NCBI GenBank assembly: GCA_951406725.2 | Contig: OX597827.1 | Location: 35,278,001 to 35,342,000 of the forward strand | Source: Octopus vulgaris | Lineage: Eukaryota | Direction: 5' to 3' | Length of the DNA: 64,000 bases | In this document: positions 27,157-41,247 of the stretch, one piece after another | Position numbering within the stretch: the first letter of the stretch is position 1 | How the letters are laid out: every line of letters begins with the position of its first letter | The notes under the pieces: model-generated | Database searches by the model: none | Told to the model about the DNA's origin: nothing | The model's input: only the letters and a program-made list of their open reading frames with translations | Position numbers and translations under genes: made by a program

Positions 27157-28785
27157 ACTCTAACAAAGTTAAACTTGTCATCTCTGAACAATATTTCAAC
27201 TAAGATCTTGGTTGATCTCATCTATAATGTACCACAGATCCAGTCCCTTGTATTACAGAACACCAAATGTAATGACCAAGTGATGTCAGTTATTGGTCGA
27301 ACTTGCTGTCACCTCCGTGAGCTGAATGTCTTCAATTGTCCTGTTACTGATTCTGGCGCCTTTGGCTTATGCGTGAAAAACTCTGCTGCTGGTGGTGTAC
27401 CAAATTGTTCCCAGCTTGTCAGCCTGGACATTAATGCAACAGCAGTAAGCCTGAATGGTGCCAGTACCATCTTGCAGAATTTACATCACCTGAAATATTT
27501 CCAGTATTGTGACGTGTGTGCTGTTTTTGAAAAACTTTATCTTGACAGTCTTCGGTTTGGCTCTTCATTTGTTGCCAGCCAGAACCGTGCTTATCGTACT
27601 CAACAGCTAGCTAATAGTGATTCATCATCAGTAGGTCCGTTAGAAGGAAACAAAGACACCAATGCATCATTCATTAGCTTACTGAGCACAGTTGAAGATG
27701 GCAATGGGAACAAAGACGCACATGAGGATAAGTCAGAAAATGTCAATGATGCTGTTAGAAGTAAAATAGCCATGACAGCTCATACCAAAAGCAACAGTTT
27801 GAATATTGTTGAGAGTAAGCGTAAGTATTGTATCAACTCTCTGACTGCAACAGGACTAAAGTGCTCTCTAGTTACTGCCCAAAGTATCAAAATAGCCTGT
27901 GAAGTATGTCCATATGTAACTGAGGTGTACCTTCATCAGAACATTGGTAATAAAGGTATGGTTCACCTGACACAACTCTCACAATTACATGTTCTTGAAG
28001 TTGTCAGTTGTGCACCAGATCCCATAACATTCGAAGAAGGTCTTGTGCCTGTTCTGCGCAAGGCTGGCCCTACGTTATCACGCCTCACTCTGTATGATTT
28101 TTCTGATATTGACATTATTCGAATTGGGCAATACTGCCCTCAGCTTCATTATCTTAATTTAGAGTCATCAATGTGTGACTTTATTGATTATGATATGAAT
28201 GTTTTGAAGAAGTTCATTGTGAAAAATGGTAGCTTTCCTCCGTGGCAGGCCATGAAGTGTGCCAATATTCACAATGATAATCCGCACACAAATAAATTGT
28301 GGACAAGACAGTCAGTGGGTAGCAAAGCAGGGTCTGCTTCACTTGGTTCTCCTTATGGTAACCAAGATGACCGGGCGTCTCGATGTCAGGATGAAAATAA
28401 CAGAGTCGGACTTTTTGCTCACATTAGAAGCTTACGAATAATATTACTCAGTGAGACGCATAACTTTCCTGCAGATGTACTACGACTAATCTTAATCAAT
28501 GCAGAGAATTTGATCCATCTGCATCTAACAAACATGCAGTTTCTCACTCACAACCTGCTTATTTCAGTCCTGATGCACAACCCGCTGTGTTTCTTACAGA
28601 CTCTCCTCTTGGAAATGTGTAATGGGGTTGATCGGGACTTTGTGATGCGCCTACTGACTGATGAACAGAATGGTCTGCGCAGACTTGATCTGATCGAGTG
28701 CCAGAGTATAACTAGGCGGGATTTCGAACACTTTCTAGACCGGGTGCGCCAAGATAATGTTGATGTGACAATAACTTGGATGTGA
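27157..28785 (+). CDS. Coding exon 3 (terminal) of the LRR protein gene; spliced product ~649 aa
   Basis: Acceptor ttttgtttatttgtag| ends at 27156, phase 0. Gives a 1629-nt open frame ([10 protein letters not shown]...DVTITWM*) with cysteine-containing LRR repeats such as [40 protein letters not shown] and [13 protein letters not shown]. This is the only long, non-repetitive intact ORF in the window. Confidence 0.93.
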   Translation, partial: TLTKLNLSSLNNISTKILVDLIYNVPQIQSLVLQNTKCNDQVMSVIGRTCCHLRELNVFNCPVTDSGAFGLCVKNSAAGGVPNCSQLVSLDINATAVSLNGASTILQNLHHLKYFQYCDVCAVFEKLYLDSLRFGSSFVASQNRAYRTQQLANSDSSSVGPLEGNKDTNASFISLLSTVEDGNGNKDAHEDKSENVNDAVRSKIAMTAHTKSNSLNIVESKRKYCINSLTATGLKCSLVTAQSIKIACEVCPYVTEVYLHQNIGNKGMVHLTQLSQLHVLEVVSCAPDPITFEEGLVPVLRKAGPTLSRLTLYDFSDIDIIRIGQYCPQLHYLNLESSMCDFIDYDMNVLKKFIVKNGSFPPWQAMKCANIHNDNPHTNKLWTRQSVGSKAGSASLGSPYGNQDDRASRCQDENNRVGLFAHIRSLRIILLSETHNFPADVLRLILINAENLIHLHLTNMQFLTHNLLISVLMHNPLCFLQTLLLEMCNGVDRDFVMRLLTDEQNGLRRLDLIECQSITRRDFEHFLDRVRQDNVDVTITWM

Positions 28786-28819
28786 TTTGTTGCAAACACT
28801 CTGTATAAAGTTACATGAA

Positions 28820-29007
28820 AATATATAAATAAATGTATACACACACACACACAAAATATATACATGTATAATGTGTGTATGTATATGTGTGTGTGTGTAA
28901 ATGTATGTATGTATATATATATGTGTGTGTGTATATGTATCTATGTATATATATGTATCTATGTATATATAAATATATATGTATATATATATATATATGT
29001 ATCAATG

Positions 29008-29038
<31 letters not shown>

Positions 29039-29420
29039 ATATGTATGTATATATATGTGTGTGTGTGTGTATATGTATGTATATATATATGTGTATTTGT
29101 ATATATGTATGTATATATGTATATGTATGTATATATGTATATGTATGTATGTATATGTATATATATATGCATATATATATATGTGTATGTATGTATATAT
29201 ATATATTTATATATCTATATTTATATATATGTGTATATACATATATGTATGTATATATATCTATATGTATATATATGTATGTGTATATATATATATATAA
29301 ATATATATATATGTGTATGTATGTATATATATATATATATATATATATTTTATGTCTATATATATTTACTTGCACACACACATACATACATACATATATA
29401 TGTGTGTGTGTGCGTGTATG
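28820..29420. repeat. Compound (TA)/(TG)/(TATG) microsatellite just after the stop codon
   Basis: Direct inspection. Confidence 0.95.
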
Positions 29421-30946
29421 TGAAGAAACTTAAGCCAATAAGAGACAAGCAGTTTTAATACTGTCAAGTAGGTTGTGTATCCATGAGCAAACATGTATTC
29501 ATTCATTCACTCATACACACACAATTACACAAAAAAATACACCTTCACATATGCACTCACATGCCTCTTGTATGATATTGTTATACTGGAAAGTCCATTC
29601 ATAATTTTAATGTCAGACTTCCTTTGTTGATTTTGTGTGAAATGTTAAATTCCTGAACCAGAGGTTAGAGGGGAGTCACCAAGAATCAAGGACAAAAATA
29701 GTATTTTAGTATAGGATTGGTCTTTGACCACAGTAAAGACCTCCATACATGCATGTTACTGCCTTATATGTCACCACCACCACTCCTAAAAAGGTCTGGT
29801 GCTGATGCTGTAGGAAAGAGAGAGAATTTTTTTGTGTTTTTTGTTTATACAATTTTTTAAGCCTGAAAGAAAAAAATTGAAAAGTCTGTTACTATAAGAA
29901 TGTTTTCCATTGTTAATGGACAGCAGGGTAGCAGAGGTAAGAAAGCAAAAGCTGAAACACCTGACTTGCTAATTAGAATTAAGGAGTAAAATGCTGTCCT
30001 GTCCCTCGCCCCCTCACTTTGTTGTTTGCTACAAGAGACATACCAAAGATGTGTTTGTTCTATGACTGCCACTAGATAGAACAAATTTGCTAGAAGTGTT
30101 TCACTAATTAATATTACCAATTTATTAATTATGAATGGCCTGATGCATAAAAAGAATTATTTGATAGATTGGTTTTCTTTTTATTATGTTTTATTTTTTC
30201 ATTTAATTTAATTTAATTTTCTTTTTTTTTTTACCCTCTATTTTGTTAATTATTAATTTCATTTGTAATAACTTATTAATTAATTTTATTTATTTATTTA
30301 TTTACTTTATATGCACGTTTTTTGTTTTGTTTTTATTTTGCTGCTGATGACTGCTGCTGGTGATGCTTGATTTTTTTTTTTTTTCATTTATTTTTTTGTA
30401 TTCATTCATCTCTATTATAGTTAATTCAATGGGAAGGAATGATATATATTGTATCTTACAGACTCCACCCTCCTGCAACTCTCTCCACCATCGCTAACGG
30501 ATGATGCAACCAGACTATTATCCACTTCACACAAACACACACACACACACACACACCTTCAGATATGTTTGTAAAGGTTTATATATTCTAAAATTGTTTG
30601 ACTTCAAAGGGCTGCAAGCATGTAAATTAAAATGTTACTACATAATCCTGCTTCTCACATGCTCTCATCCATGCAGACATACAATCATACACATGTGCAC
30701 ACACACACACACACACATATAGACACATACATAAATAATGTAAATATATTATGTGTGTGTGTGTGTCTGTGTGTACATACATACACATATACATATGCAT
30801 ACATTTATATATTCATACATAATATGTAATGTATTTCATTATATTCGTGTATTATCAAAATATATATATATATTATATATATGTAAAGAATATATATATA
30901 TATCATATATTACAGTATATATATATACACATACACATATATATAA

Positions 30947-30977
<31 letters not shown>

Positions 30978-32023
30978 GCATATATAATACACTACATGTT
31001 GTATATATAAATGCAAAATGTATTATACGTGTTTCTATATGTGTGCATAAAATATTGGTTGTACATGTATACAAGCAAACAACACTGGTTACAAAGTTAC
31101 TCCATACAAAAATTACTGGTGTGTTAGCAGTGTTATGTTTCATCGCTATTAATTATATTGTATATTGAGACATCATGTTTACATTCGTATATTTCATACA
31201 GTGTTGACTAAAATCTATACATCTTTTCTCTATCACAGAATAGCATTAACACTAAAAGTGGAGACTTAACATAATTCAGATTTTCAATTGTAATCTTTAA
31301 ATCTTTCACTCTTTTTCTATATGACATATACACACTCACATGCATATTATACTTCTACAAGAAGAAGAGTTAAAGTGACTTCAAGGTTTTGGCTTATCAA
31401 CCTTTGTCAAACTGAAAGCTGACTGGCTGAAACTTGAAGCCTTTGCCACCCTCCTTGTAAAAGTAAAATATGTATTCTGTTTAAAAAATTATTGAATAAT
31501 TCTCCAGTTTAATGTAAAACTGTTATTGCCATAACTCAGACATTAAAACAAATATTTATATATGTGTATATATATATATGTATATATATATAGACATGAT
31601 AGAGAGATAGGTACGTGTGTGCTTGTGTGTGAAAGTGTCTGGGTCTAGTGGTAGGGGTGTTGCAGCTATGATTACAAGATCCCGGTTTCAGTTCCCAGAC
31701 CAGCTGTGCATTGCACTCTAGAGCAAAATAGTTCATTTCACCTTGTTCCAGTTCATTAACTGGAACTGATGGGTAACCCTACAGTGTGATGAACTGGCAT
31801 CCCATTTGGAGGAAATGTTGACATGACTGCCTAGCCAGCAGGGTGGTTTCATTTGAAAGCTACAACAATGCAAGGATGTGCATTGTGATCAACAGTATAG
31901 AAGAACATCCAATAATCTAGTCAATACAGTGGTGTATGTGTTTGTCAGATGTTCTATATTGTGTGTGTGTATACGCACACACATACACCACTGTGTTGAC
32001 TAGATTATTGGATGTTCTTTCAT

Positions 32024-32057
<34 letters not shown>

Positions 32058-32679
32058 GATTTGTGTTTGCATGTCAAGGTGTTTAGTGTAGTGGTTTGGC
32101 TGAGTCTCATGATATTTATGTTGTGAGTTCAGTGGAGACAGGTCACACGTGGTGTTCTTTATACAAGGCATTTCAATTTTACTTTGCTTCAGTCTCCTGA
32201 AAATAAGTAGCAGCCAGTGGGGTGGGGATTGTAACATTATAAAAACTCTGGCAGTCGTATTCTGTGGGGAGTCCTGAATTTTCAGTTGCTTAAATGTTAT
32301 AGAAATTGATATAATCTCCAGTTGAATAGACCTTAAGGTTCAAAACAGACTTTTTTGCAAAATGTGTTTGTATGTGTGTATACGTATCATTGGTAACAAG
32401 ACATACTCCTTGAAGTACATCATATTTAGTCTATTTGAATATGAAAATCATTGACTGTACAGACACTCTATTACTAGTTTGTTTTTATTTGGTGTTCTGT
32501 TCTCCCAGATGGTTCAGGGACCATAGGTGTTTCATACATTCCACATCTGACATGGTTTCTATGGTAGGACATCCTTCCTAACACCAACCATTTTACAGGA
32601 TATACTGGGTGTATTTTATTGTGGAACCAGCTCTCTAGAGAGGTTATCTTGTTGCCAGCAAGTCTACTCAACATCATCT

Positions 32680-33058
32680 AGGCACTTGATGAAGGCTTCC
32701 GTGTTGAGTCTGATGCCATGTGGGAAGATGAATGGAGGCATAATGTTGTCATCACTAGTGATCACTCCAAACACTATGATATTGACCAGACGTTTGATTT
32801 TTATCACTCTCAGTACATGTCCTCAGATTGTTACCCAAACACTCTGAAATGTTTGTATTGGAGCTTCTGGTGCGAATGCCAAACAGTACAGCATGTCGTT
32901 TCTAAATTTCTGGCAGAGTGAATTGCATCATGGTGCTGCCTTTCTTACAGATGCTGTCCAACTAACTCTACTATAATGTGTAGTTGACAAAATCAAAAAC
33001 AAAGTGCATGCACAAAATTAAAAATATAAAACAGTGACAATTTACCCATTATACCCTG
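32680..33058 (-). mobile_element. Partial copy of the maT-like element
   Basis: Reverse-complement similarity to 6999-7360. Confidence 0.72.
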
Positions 33059-35312
33059 TATATATACACATACATGGCTGGCTTTATATGTATGTGTGTG
33101 TGTCTTTTTGTCTGTCTGTGTTGGTGTGTTAACTTCCCTATAATTTGGCCAAAAGAGACTGATAGAATAAGTACCAGGCTTAAAAAAAAAATGTACTGAG
33201 GTTGATTCATTTGACTGAAAATTCTTCAGTACAATGCCCCAGCATGGCCACAATCTAGTAACTGAAACAACTAAAAGATAAATGATATGTGTATGTATGT
33301 ATGTATGTATGTGTGTGGTGTAACCATTACTATAATAGGTGAGTACCATGTAGTAGAACTTCTCATTGAGATCAACTTCCCAGCAAGATCTCATTAAGTC
33401 TACATCCTTTATATCCATTCTGCAGTGAAAATAATACAAAAACCATAACTTCCTGTTTCTTCTCTACATAAAAGTATTGAACTCCATATATCCATGAAAG
33501 CAGCAATTATTGTTGCTTGATAAAGAAGCTATGTAGTTAAGATTCTGGACTTCTGCCCACTTGGTTATATGTTTAGAAGCCATTGAAGTCTTCAGAATTG
33601 TGCTTCTTGAAAGAAAACACCTAATTCTGCTAACCTCAGTTTACATGGCTGGTAACAGGTTTCATAGATAACAGTACAACAATATATCTCATCCTCATTT
33701 TAACATCTGCTTTTCCTACAGCCAGATGACCTTCCTGTCACCAACACTTACCTGTTTCTATACAAGATATTTCTTCTTGGCTGGGTGTATTTTTGCAGAT
33801 TATAGAAAATGACATTTATTTACAACAATCATACAGTGTCAAGACAATGTGACATGCAGACATTCACACTCATACATATGTGTGTGTATATCTATATATT
33901 GTCATCATCATTGTTTAACGTCCGTTTTCCATGCTGGCATGGGTTGGACGGTTTGACTGGGGACTGGCAAGCCAGATCACACCAGGCTCCAATCTGATCT
34001 GGCAATGTTTCTACAGCTGGATGCCCTTCCTAATGCCAACCACTCCGAGAGTGTAGTGGGTGCTTTTTACGTGCCACTGGTACAGGAGCGTGTCAGTCGG
34101 CACTGGCATTGGCAACGTAAGGATGGTGCTTTTTACGTGCCACCAGCACAGGAGCCGGTGGGGTGGGGGCTGGTATTGGCCACATTCGGATGGTGCTTCT
34201 TATGTTCCACTGGCACAGGGAGCCAGTCAAGTGGCTCCGGCAGCAACACATGCATGAATGAATGGTGCTTATCGTGTGCCATCAGCACTGGTAACAGTCA
34301 CAATTACAATTTCCATTTGATTTGATTTTGATCTACTTAACTCAATAGGTCTCCTCAAGCACGGAATGTTGCCTGATGATTCAATGGTGCTTTTTAAATG
34401 GGTTGGTTATGCGACACTGGTGTAGGCTACGGCTGTGATCTCACTTTCCTTGCCGGATCTTCTCAATCACAGCATATCTCCGGATATATAAGATTTAGTT
34501 GAATTAGGTATTTAAGTTGAGGCACGTCGTTAGGTCAGAATAATATACACACACAACAATATTATGTCGATATCAAACTTGGTACCAAAGTACTGACAGA
34601 ATTATATTCCTGTAGTGCATGCAAACATTTAGACCTAGCTGAGTATATAATCCACTTTTGAGCTATTCTGACATGTACATTTTATTAAATATACTATCCA
34701 TAATATACTTGAGAATTTGCATTGGGCATGTTCTGAGATAGGTGAATAAAATATAAATAAATAACCATTAAAGGACAGGTGTCAATTCGTTACAGCCATT
34801 TCTCACGACTCCTTTAATTGATTAATGAGTACATAGAGAAACCGTTTTCTTCAGATGAATACATGAACTTTACAATCAAGGACATCCAAAATGATTTAAC
34901 ATAGTTTAAATCTACAGAGCAAAACATTTTCAATGATTCTGCTACTATTTAGTTGACAGAATGGATTTACCAAAATAATGTATATTTAATCAGATCATTA
35001 TTTTGGTAAATCCATTGTCAACTGAAATAGTTGCAGAATCATTGATATAATGTACTCATTAATCAATTAAAGGAGGTGTTAGAAACAGTGTAATGAATTG
35101 TAATCAATTGTTACTGATATATATATATTGTTTCAGTCATTTAATTGCAGTCATGCTGGGGCACAACCTTGAAGGATTTTAGTCAAACAAATCAACACTA
35201 GGACTTTTTTTTTAAGCCTAATACTTATTCTCTCGATCATTTTTCCTGAACCACTAAGATGCAGGGATGTAAATACACCAACACCAGGTGTCAAAAGCAT
35301 AGTGGGGAACAA

Positions 35313-35362
<50 letters not shown>

Positions 35363-37843
35363 ACACACACACACATATATGATAGACATCTTTCAGTTTC
35401 CATCTTCCAAATTCCCTCACAAGGCTTTGGTTAGCCTGAGGCTATAGAAGACACTTGCCCAAGGTGCTATGCAGAGGGGCTGATATATATATATTTGCAA
35501 TGGACTCTTTTTAGTTTCCATCTACCAATCCACTCACAAAGCTTTGGTTGACTCTGGTCTATAGTGGAAGACACCCAAGATGCCATGCAGTGGGACTAAA
35601 CCTGAAACCATTTGGTTGGGAAGCAAGCTTCTTAATATTGCTCAGTTTCATATCCTTGGTCCTTAGACTGGAACAGATTCTCCTTGAAGTTGTTTTCAAT
35701 CAGTATGTTACTTTAGTTTACTTCAGTTTTGCCTCATCTACAGAAAATCAGATTAGAAAGAAGCAAATTTGTGAGCTAAAATAAATGATTCGTTGTAACT
35801 TTTTTTTTCTTTTAGGTATACACATACACACACACGTAAAATACGCAATTGAAGCAAAAACAAAACAATACTAAGGCAATTCAAGAAAAAAATGGAGCTA
35901 AGGGGAATAACTCTTATCGTATATTTATTCTTCTTATCACACAAATGTCCGGTTTATATGCAAGTTCGATACACATATGTATAGATAATTATATACACAC
36001 ACTCACACACATGATTCTATGGCTTTCAGCCATGCTGGGACATCACAGTCAAAGTTTTTAGTCTATTATATCAACATCAATAATATTGTCTGTGGCAATA
36101 TTTTATTGATTTTACAGCAGGATATGGGGCAAAATCAGTTGTGTATGAAAGAAGGCAACCAAGGTGGATGAAAATACCACAAGGTATTCTCATTCGGAGT
36201 AACTTTTTGCATTCTCATGATGAGAACACACAGACACATTAGTATGTGTGTGTGTAAATATATACAGTTTCAGTGTCCCAAATTTCATTTGAAAGTCTTC
36301 TGTCAGAGTCACTTCACAAAGCGCTGAGCCATGGTATCAAACCTGAAACCTCATATATTCAGAGAGGCTGTCTGTGGTATGACAAAAATAGTTCACTCTA
36401 TCACAAGATACATGTGCGTGCACCCACACCCACACACATACACACACACACACTCACACACATGCACGCACACACACACACAGCATGTGTGAATTTATAT
36501 TCAATTTTAGTGATTATTAAAATTGCTATTATCTCATTCTCTTTCTCCGCCTTCTTTCTGCTCTTTCTTCTGTCTTTCTCTCTCTCACGCACACACACCT
36601 CTCTCTGCCTATCAATACCAAGGTTTTGATACTTATGTACAAAAGAATATATGAGCTCCTGTGGCAAATCAATGTATTTAACTCTCACATCCCCACCCCG
36701 TGTAAGTGCATGTGTATGTGTATATAAATATGTATGTCTGTATCTACAAAAATTGGTTTTTAAAACAGAAAACATATATTATTGTCTCATGGCATTGTAA
36801 TATGTAAACTATTCTGTCTTGCTGTTGTTATTGTATATTTCACTTAATAAAGAGTGTATACACATACGTGTGTATGAGAGAGGGAGAGAGAGAGAGAGAA
36901 AGCAGTGGTTTTGTATATATTTTAATATCTGTTGCAGGTTGAAAATTGAAACCTGTTTTAAAAATTATGTAATAATAATTATAATATACCTTTAAAAATT
37001 ATCAATCTTTTTCGTGTCTGATGACATACCCGGTTAAATTAAGTCATGGATATTGCTTTCTAATCCTTACAGTAAAAAAAACTATCAAAACACACTCATA
37101 AATATCTATGGATATGTATACATAAAACGACAGTCAAATTCACTGAAAGAATCATGCTTATTTTCATTCTTGGGTAAAAATAAGAAGAAAAAGAAAGAAA
37201 AAATGGACTGTGGAACTTTGAAGCGACCCATTGTCTTAATAATTCCTCAAGGCAGTCATAATTGAAAATACTGCATTTTAATTCTGTTCCTCCTGCAGTT
37301 GATTTAAATGTAATAAATTCTCATCTTTTATTGAATCTTGTATATAAATAGTAATACACATACACATATTTATTCGGATTCTTACTATATAGCCACTATT
37401 GTTTCAGTATGAGGGAAAATTCCCTAAGCGTCATCAGAATGCTTAATAAATTTTCTCTTTGCCAAAAAAGGGGTGGCAATGTTGACAGAATCTAAATAAA
37501 TCCATTATATGTTATTCTGTGTTTGGCATTGCTGTCTTTTATAATTGTGAACTCACATGATTATCATTTACTTATTCAAAAGGTTTTCGTAAAAATTCTT
37601 GATAAATGTCACAATCGCTGAAAAAATATTTTCTTAAAAGTTATCGACTATTTAAAAAAAAAAAATCATATCTATATTGAAGCTACTGGATTTGTTGTGT
37701 ATATAAACAGAAACACTATTTTTTTCTGGGATTGGTCAAGTGATGTAGACACCTCCACCGAGAACTCAATAAGGTTCAAAAACCAATTAAGGCTGTTCAT
37801 TATTTTCTTTTAATATATGAAAAAAATGCTTGTTTATATGTCC

Positions 37844-37886
<43 letters not shown>

Positions 37887-38077
37887 CAATCAGCCAAAAA
37901 GTGGAGAGTATGCTTTTGCATAATTTTATTATTATGATCATTTCAAATGGTGAGAGGAACTGATTCTACAATATACAATGGCTTGTATGCATAATTAATC
38001 AGTTAATTAATCAAGTAATTAATGGAACAGCCCTCAGCCATTCTCCTTAGACCTTAATTCCTATTTATCTATCAATC

Positions 38078-38109
<32 letters not shown>

Positions 38110-38112
38110 CCC

Positions 38113-38164
<52 letters not shown>

Positions 38165-39039
38165 GTGTGTATATATATATATATATAAATAATAGGGATT
38201 AAGGCACAAATGTGACTGTAGTAAGAAGTTTGCTTCTCATCCACATGAGTCTGGGTTCGGCTTCACTGTGTGACACTTGGGCAAGTGTCTTCCACAGTAG
38301 CCTTGGGCTGAGCAAAACTATGTGGGTGAATTTAGTAGACAGAAGTTGATAGAAAGAAGCCCATTGTGTGTGCATATATATATATATAATCCTTTCTACT
38401 ATAGGTACAAGGCTTGAAATTTTTGGAGAGGGAGATAGTTGATCACATCGACCCCAGTACTTTATTAATACTTAATTTATTGACCCTAAAAGGATGAAAG
38501 GCAAAGTTGACCTCAGCGAAATTTGAACTCAGAACATAGCAGCAGATGAAATACCGCTAAGCATTTTGCCTGGCTTGCTAATGATTCTGCCAGTTTGCCA
38601 CATTAATAATAATAATATTCATATGTGTGAGTGTGTTTGTCCCCCACTTCTACTTGACAACAGGTATTCGTTTGTTTACATCCTTATAACTTAGCAGTTT
38701 GGCAAAAAGGACATATAGAATAAGTACCAGGCTTAAAAAAAAAAGAGTACTGGTGTCAATTTGTTCAGATACAAGCCTTTGAGGTGGTGCTCCAGCATGC
38801 TACCGTCAACTGGTTGCAACAAGTAAAAGATAGAATGTTGCATATATGTCATCACTTTCTTCTGTCCACTTTTCCATGCTTTCTTGGCTTAACAGAATTT
38901 GTAGATGTAGATTTCTACAGCCAGATACCCTTCCTGTTACCAACTGTCATCTGTTTCCAAGCAAGGTAATAGTTTACCTTAACTAGATATTTTTTATGGA
39001 AGAATGGAAACAAACAGCCTCACTTTTATGATGATGGTG

Positions 39040-40610
39040 CATGGGAGAAGGCGAGTCTGCCGAATGTAGGCCCAACTGGGGGACCAGTTATCAATGATAG
39101 CTTGGTAGATAAAGTAATTAAGGATACGAAGACAGGGAAAGTCTCAGCCCATTAGGAATCACCACTGAGATGCTTAAAATATCTGGTAGAGTGGGATATG
39201 GCCTAGTCACCTGTATAGTTAATCAGGTTGTCCATGAGGGAGTTATACCCAACAATTGATGTAGCAACATTATGATCAGCTGCTACAAAGGCTCAGGCGA
39301 TGCCTTTGACAGAAATAACTACAGACATCAAATTGTTGGACCAGGTCATGAAAGTCACAGGAAGGCTCACAATTCAATTAGGAAGAGAGTTAATGTAGAT
39401 GAGATGCAATTTGGACTTGTGCCATGTAGAAGCACAACTGATGCTATAGAAGTTGAGCTGAGACTTCCTTTGGTCATGACTAACCATGGGATTGCACCTA
39501 GAAAATTACCCTCCCAGGCACAAGTCCGAACAAGGCTGTTTAAGACCAGCAGTCGTCCATGCATACCGGCCTCCCCTCTCCACACCACCATTGTTATCCA
39601 AGGGAAAGGCAAAGGCTGATACAGCTTGGCACCTGTGATGTTGCAACTCATTTCTACAGCTGAGTGAACTGAAGCAATGTAAAATAAAATGCCTTGCTCA
39701 AGAACACAACATGTAGCCTGGTCCGGGATTCGAACTCACAACCTCATGATTGTAAGCTCGACGCTCTATCCAGTGCAAGCTCTGGACACAAGAGGTGTAG
39801 TGGTATCACAGGAAGCTTAATGGAGAAAATAGTTTTTGGGTTGCAAATGTGCAGGTGCTAAAAATGTGCTGACAATAGACTCTCAAATACTCAGGGGAAT
39901 CATTAGAAGTAGTAGAAAGCTTCTGTTACCTAGGTGATCAAGTTAACAGTGGAGGAGGAAGTTCTGAAAGTGTTACTGCTAAAGTAAGAACGGGCTAGGC
40001 AAAGTGCAGAGAGCTTCTACTTTTGTTGGCAACTAAGGGTCTCTCCCTCAGAATGAAAAGTAAATTATATGATGCCTGTGTATGTATAACTATGCTACAT
40101 GGCAGTGAAACATGGGCTTTGACTACAGAGAACTTGTGAAGGCTTGAAAGAAAGGAAGCTAGCATGGATGGATAATGTCAGTGTGCACAGGTGAATGTTA
40201 ATGATTTAAGAGGAAAACTGGGTATAAGTGGAATTAGATGTGTGCAAAAGAAAATACTGTGCTGGCTTGGTCATGTGATGTGTATGGATGAGAACAATTG
40301 CATAAAGAAGTTCCATGCTCTAATTGTGGAGGGAATCTGTGAAAAGGTTAGATATAGGATGAAGTGGTGAGAAAGGATCTTCGGATGCTGAGCCTCATTG
40401 AAGAAATGACAAGGGACTGGGAGTTGTGGCAATTTGCTGTATTTGAGAAGATGCATGAAGCTAAGCAAAATCGCTGTCACCCATACATACAGGCTTGTCC
40501 TTTACAGGTGCTGGTGCCACATAAAATGTACTTGTGCCAGTGCTACTTAAATGCACCCGTGGCATGTAAATAGCACCAAACACACTTTATAAAGTGGTTG
40601 GCATTAATAA
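39040..40610 (+). mobile_element. Decayed RTE LINE with nested SINE (39462-39775)
   Basis: CYKGSGDAFDRNNYR and VDEMQFGLVPCRSTTDAI. Similarity to 8200-9900. Confidence 0.78.
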
Positions 40611-41247
40611 GTGATTTGCGTTGGACAAAGCATATCTCTAAAATTGTCAAGAAGGCCGAGGGTGTCTTGGCATCACTCAGCAAGACTTGTTAGCCGCTCT
40701 CCAGCCATCTATTTAAAACTGTATACAGCTATGGTACGACCACACTTGGAATTCGCATCATCAGTTTGGAATCCCTATCTTGCTCAGAACATTGACCTCC
40801 TGGAATCTGTCCAGAGACGTGCAACCAAACGCATACCCTCCATCAGACACCTACCATATTCTGAGCGCCTTGTTTCCCTGGGCATGGATTCACTGAAGCT
40901 CCGGCGTCTAGCGACGGACTTGGTAAACACCCACAAGGTTATCAACCACCTCACCAACAACAACACTGAACACCTTTTTGATCTCCATGTGTCTAACACA
41001 CGTGGACATGCCTACAAAGTCAGAAAACAGCACAGCTCCCATGACTTTCGGAAACATTTTTTCACGCTCAGGGTTGCTGAAGCGTGGAATAAACTGCCTG
41101 CATCAGTTGTTGACTGCCATGACACTGCATCCTTTAAGGCCCTCATGCTTCCCGAAATCCGTCGAAACTACACCTGATTATATATACACTTTAGATGAGT
41201 TGTAGTGCACCTGAGCACTGTACACAATTATTATTATTATTATTATA
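40605..41247 (+). mobile_element. CR1/L2-group LINE 3' end with (ATT)n tail, inserted in an RTE UTR
   Basis: LYTAMVRPHLEFASSVWNPY...LESVQRRATK...YSERL..LGMDSLKLRR...TRGH.YK...RKHFFTLRV..WNKLP. The frame is still open. It interrupts agtggttggcatt|aagaagggtatcc. Confidence 0.85.

Noticed and set aside
31375-31445. Back-to-back hammerhead-like remnants (ttgacaaagg...ccaaaacc / ctgaaagc...gctgaaac)
   Set aside because: Too degenerate to support the core or stems by eye.
36846-36851. AATAAA as the LRR gene's polyadenylation signal (implying an 8-kb 3' UTR)
   Set aside because: The hexamer is common in AT-rich DNA and cannot be assigned without transcript data.
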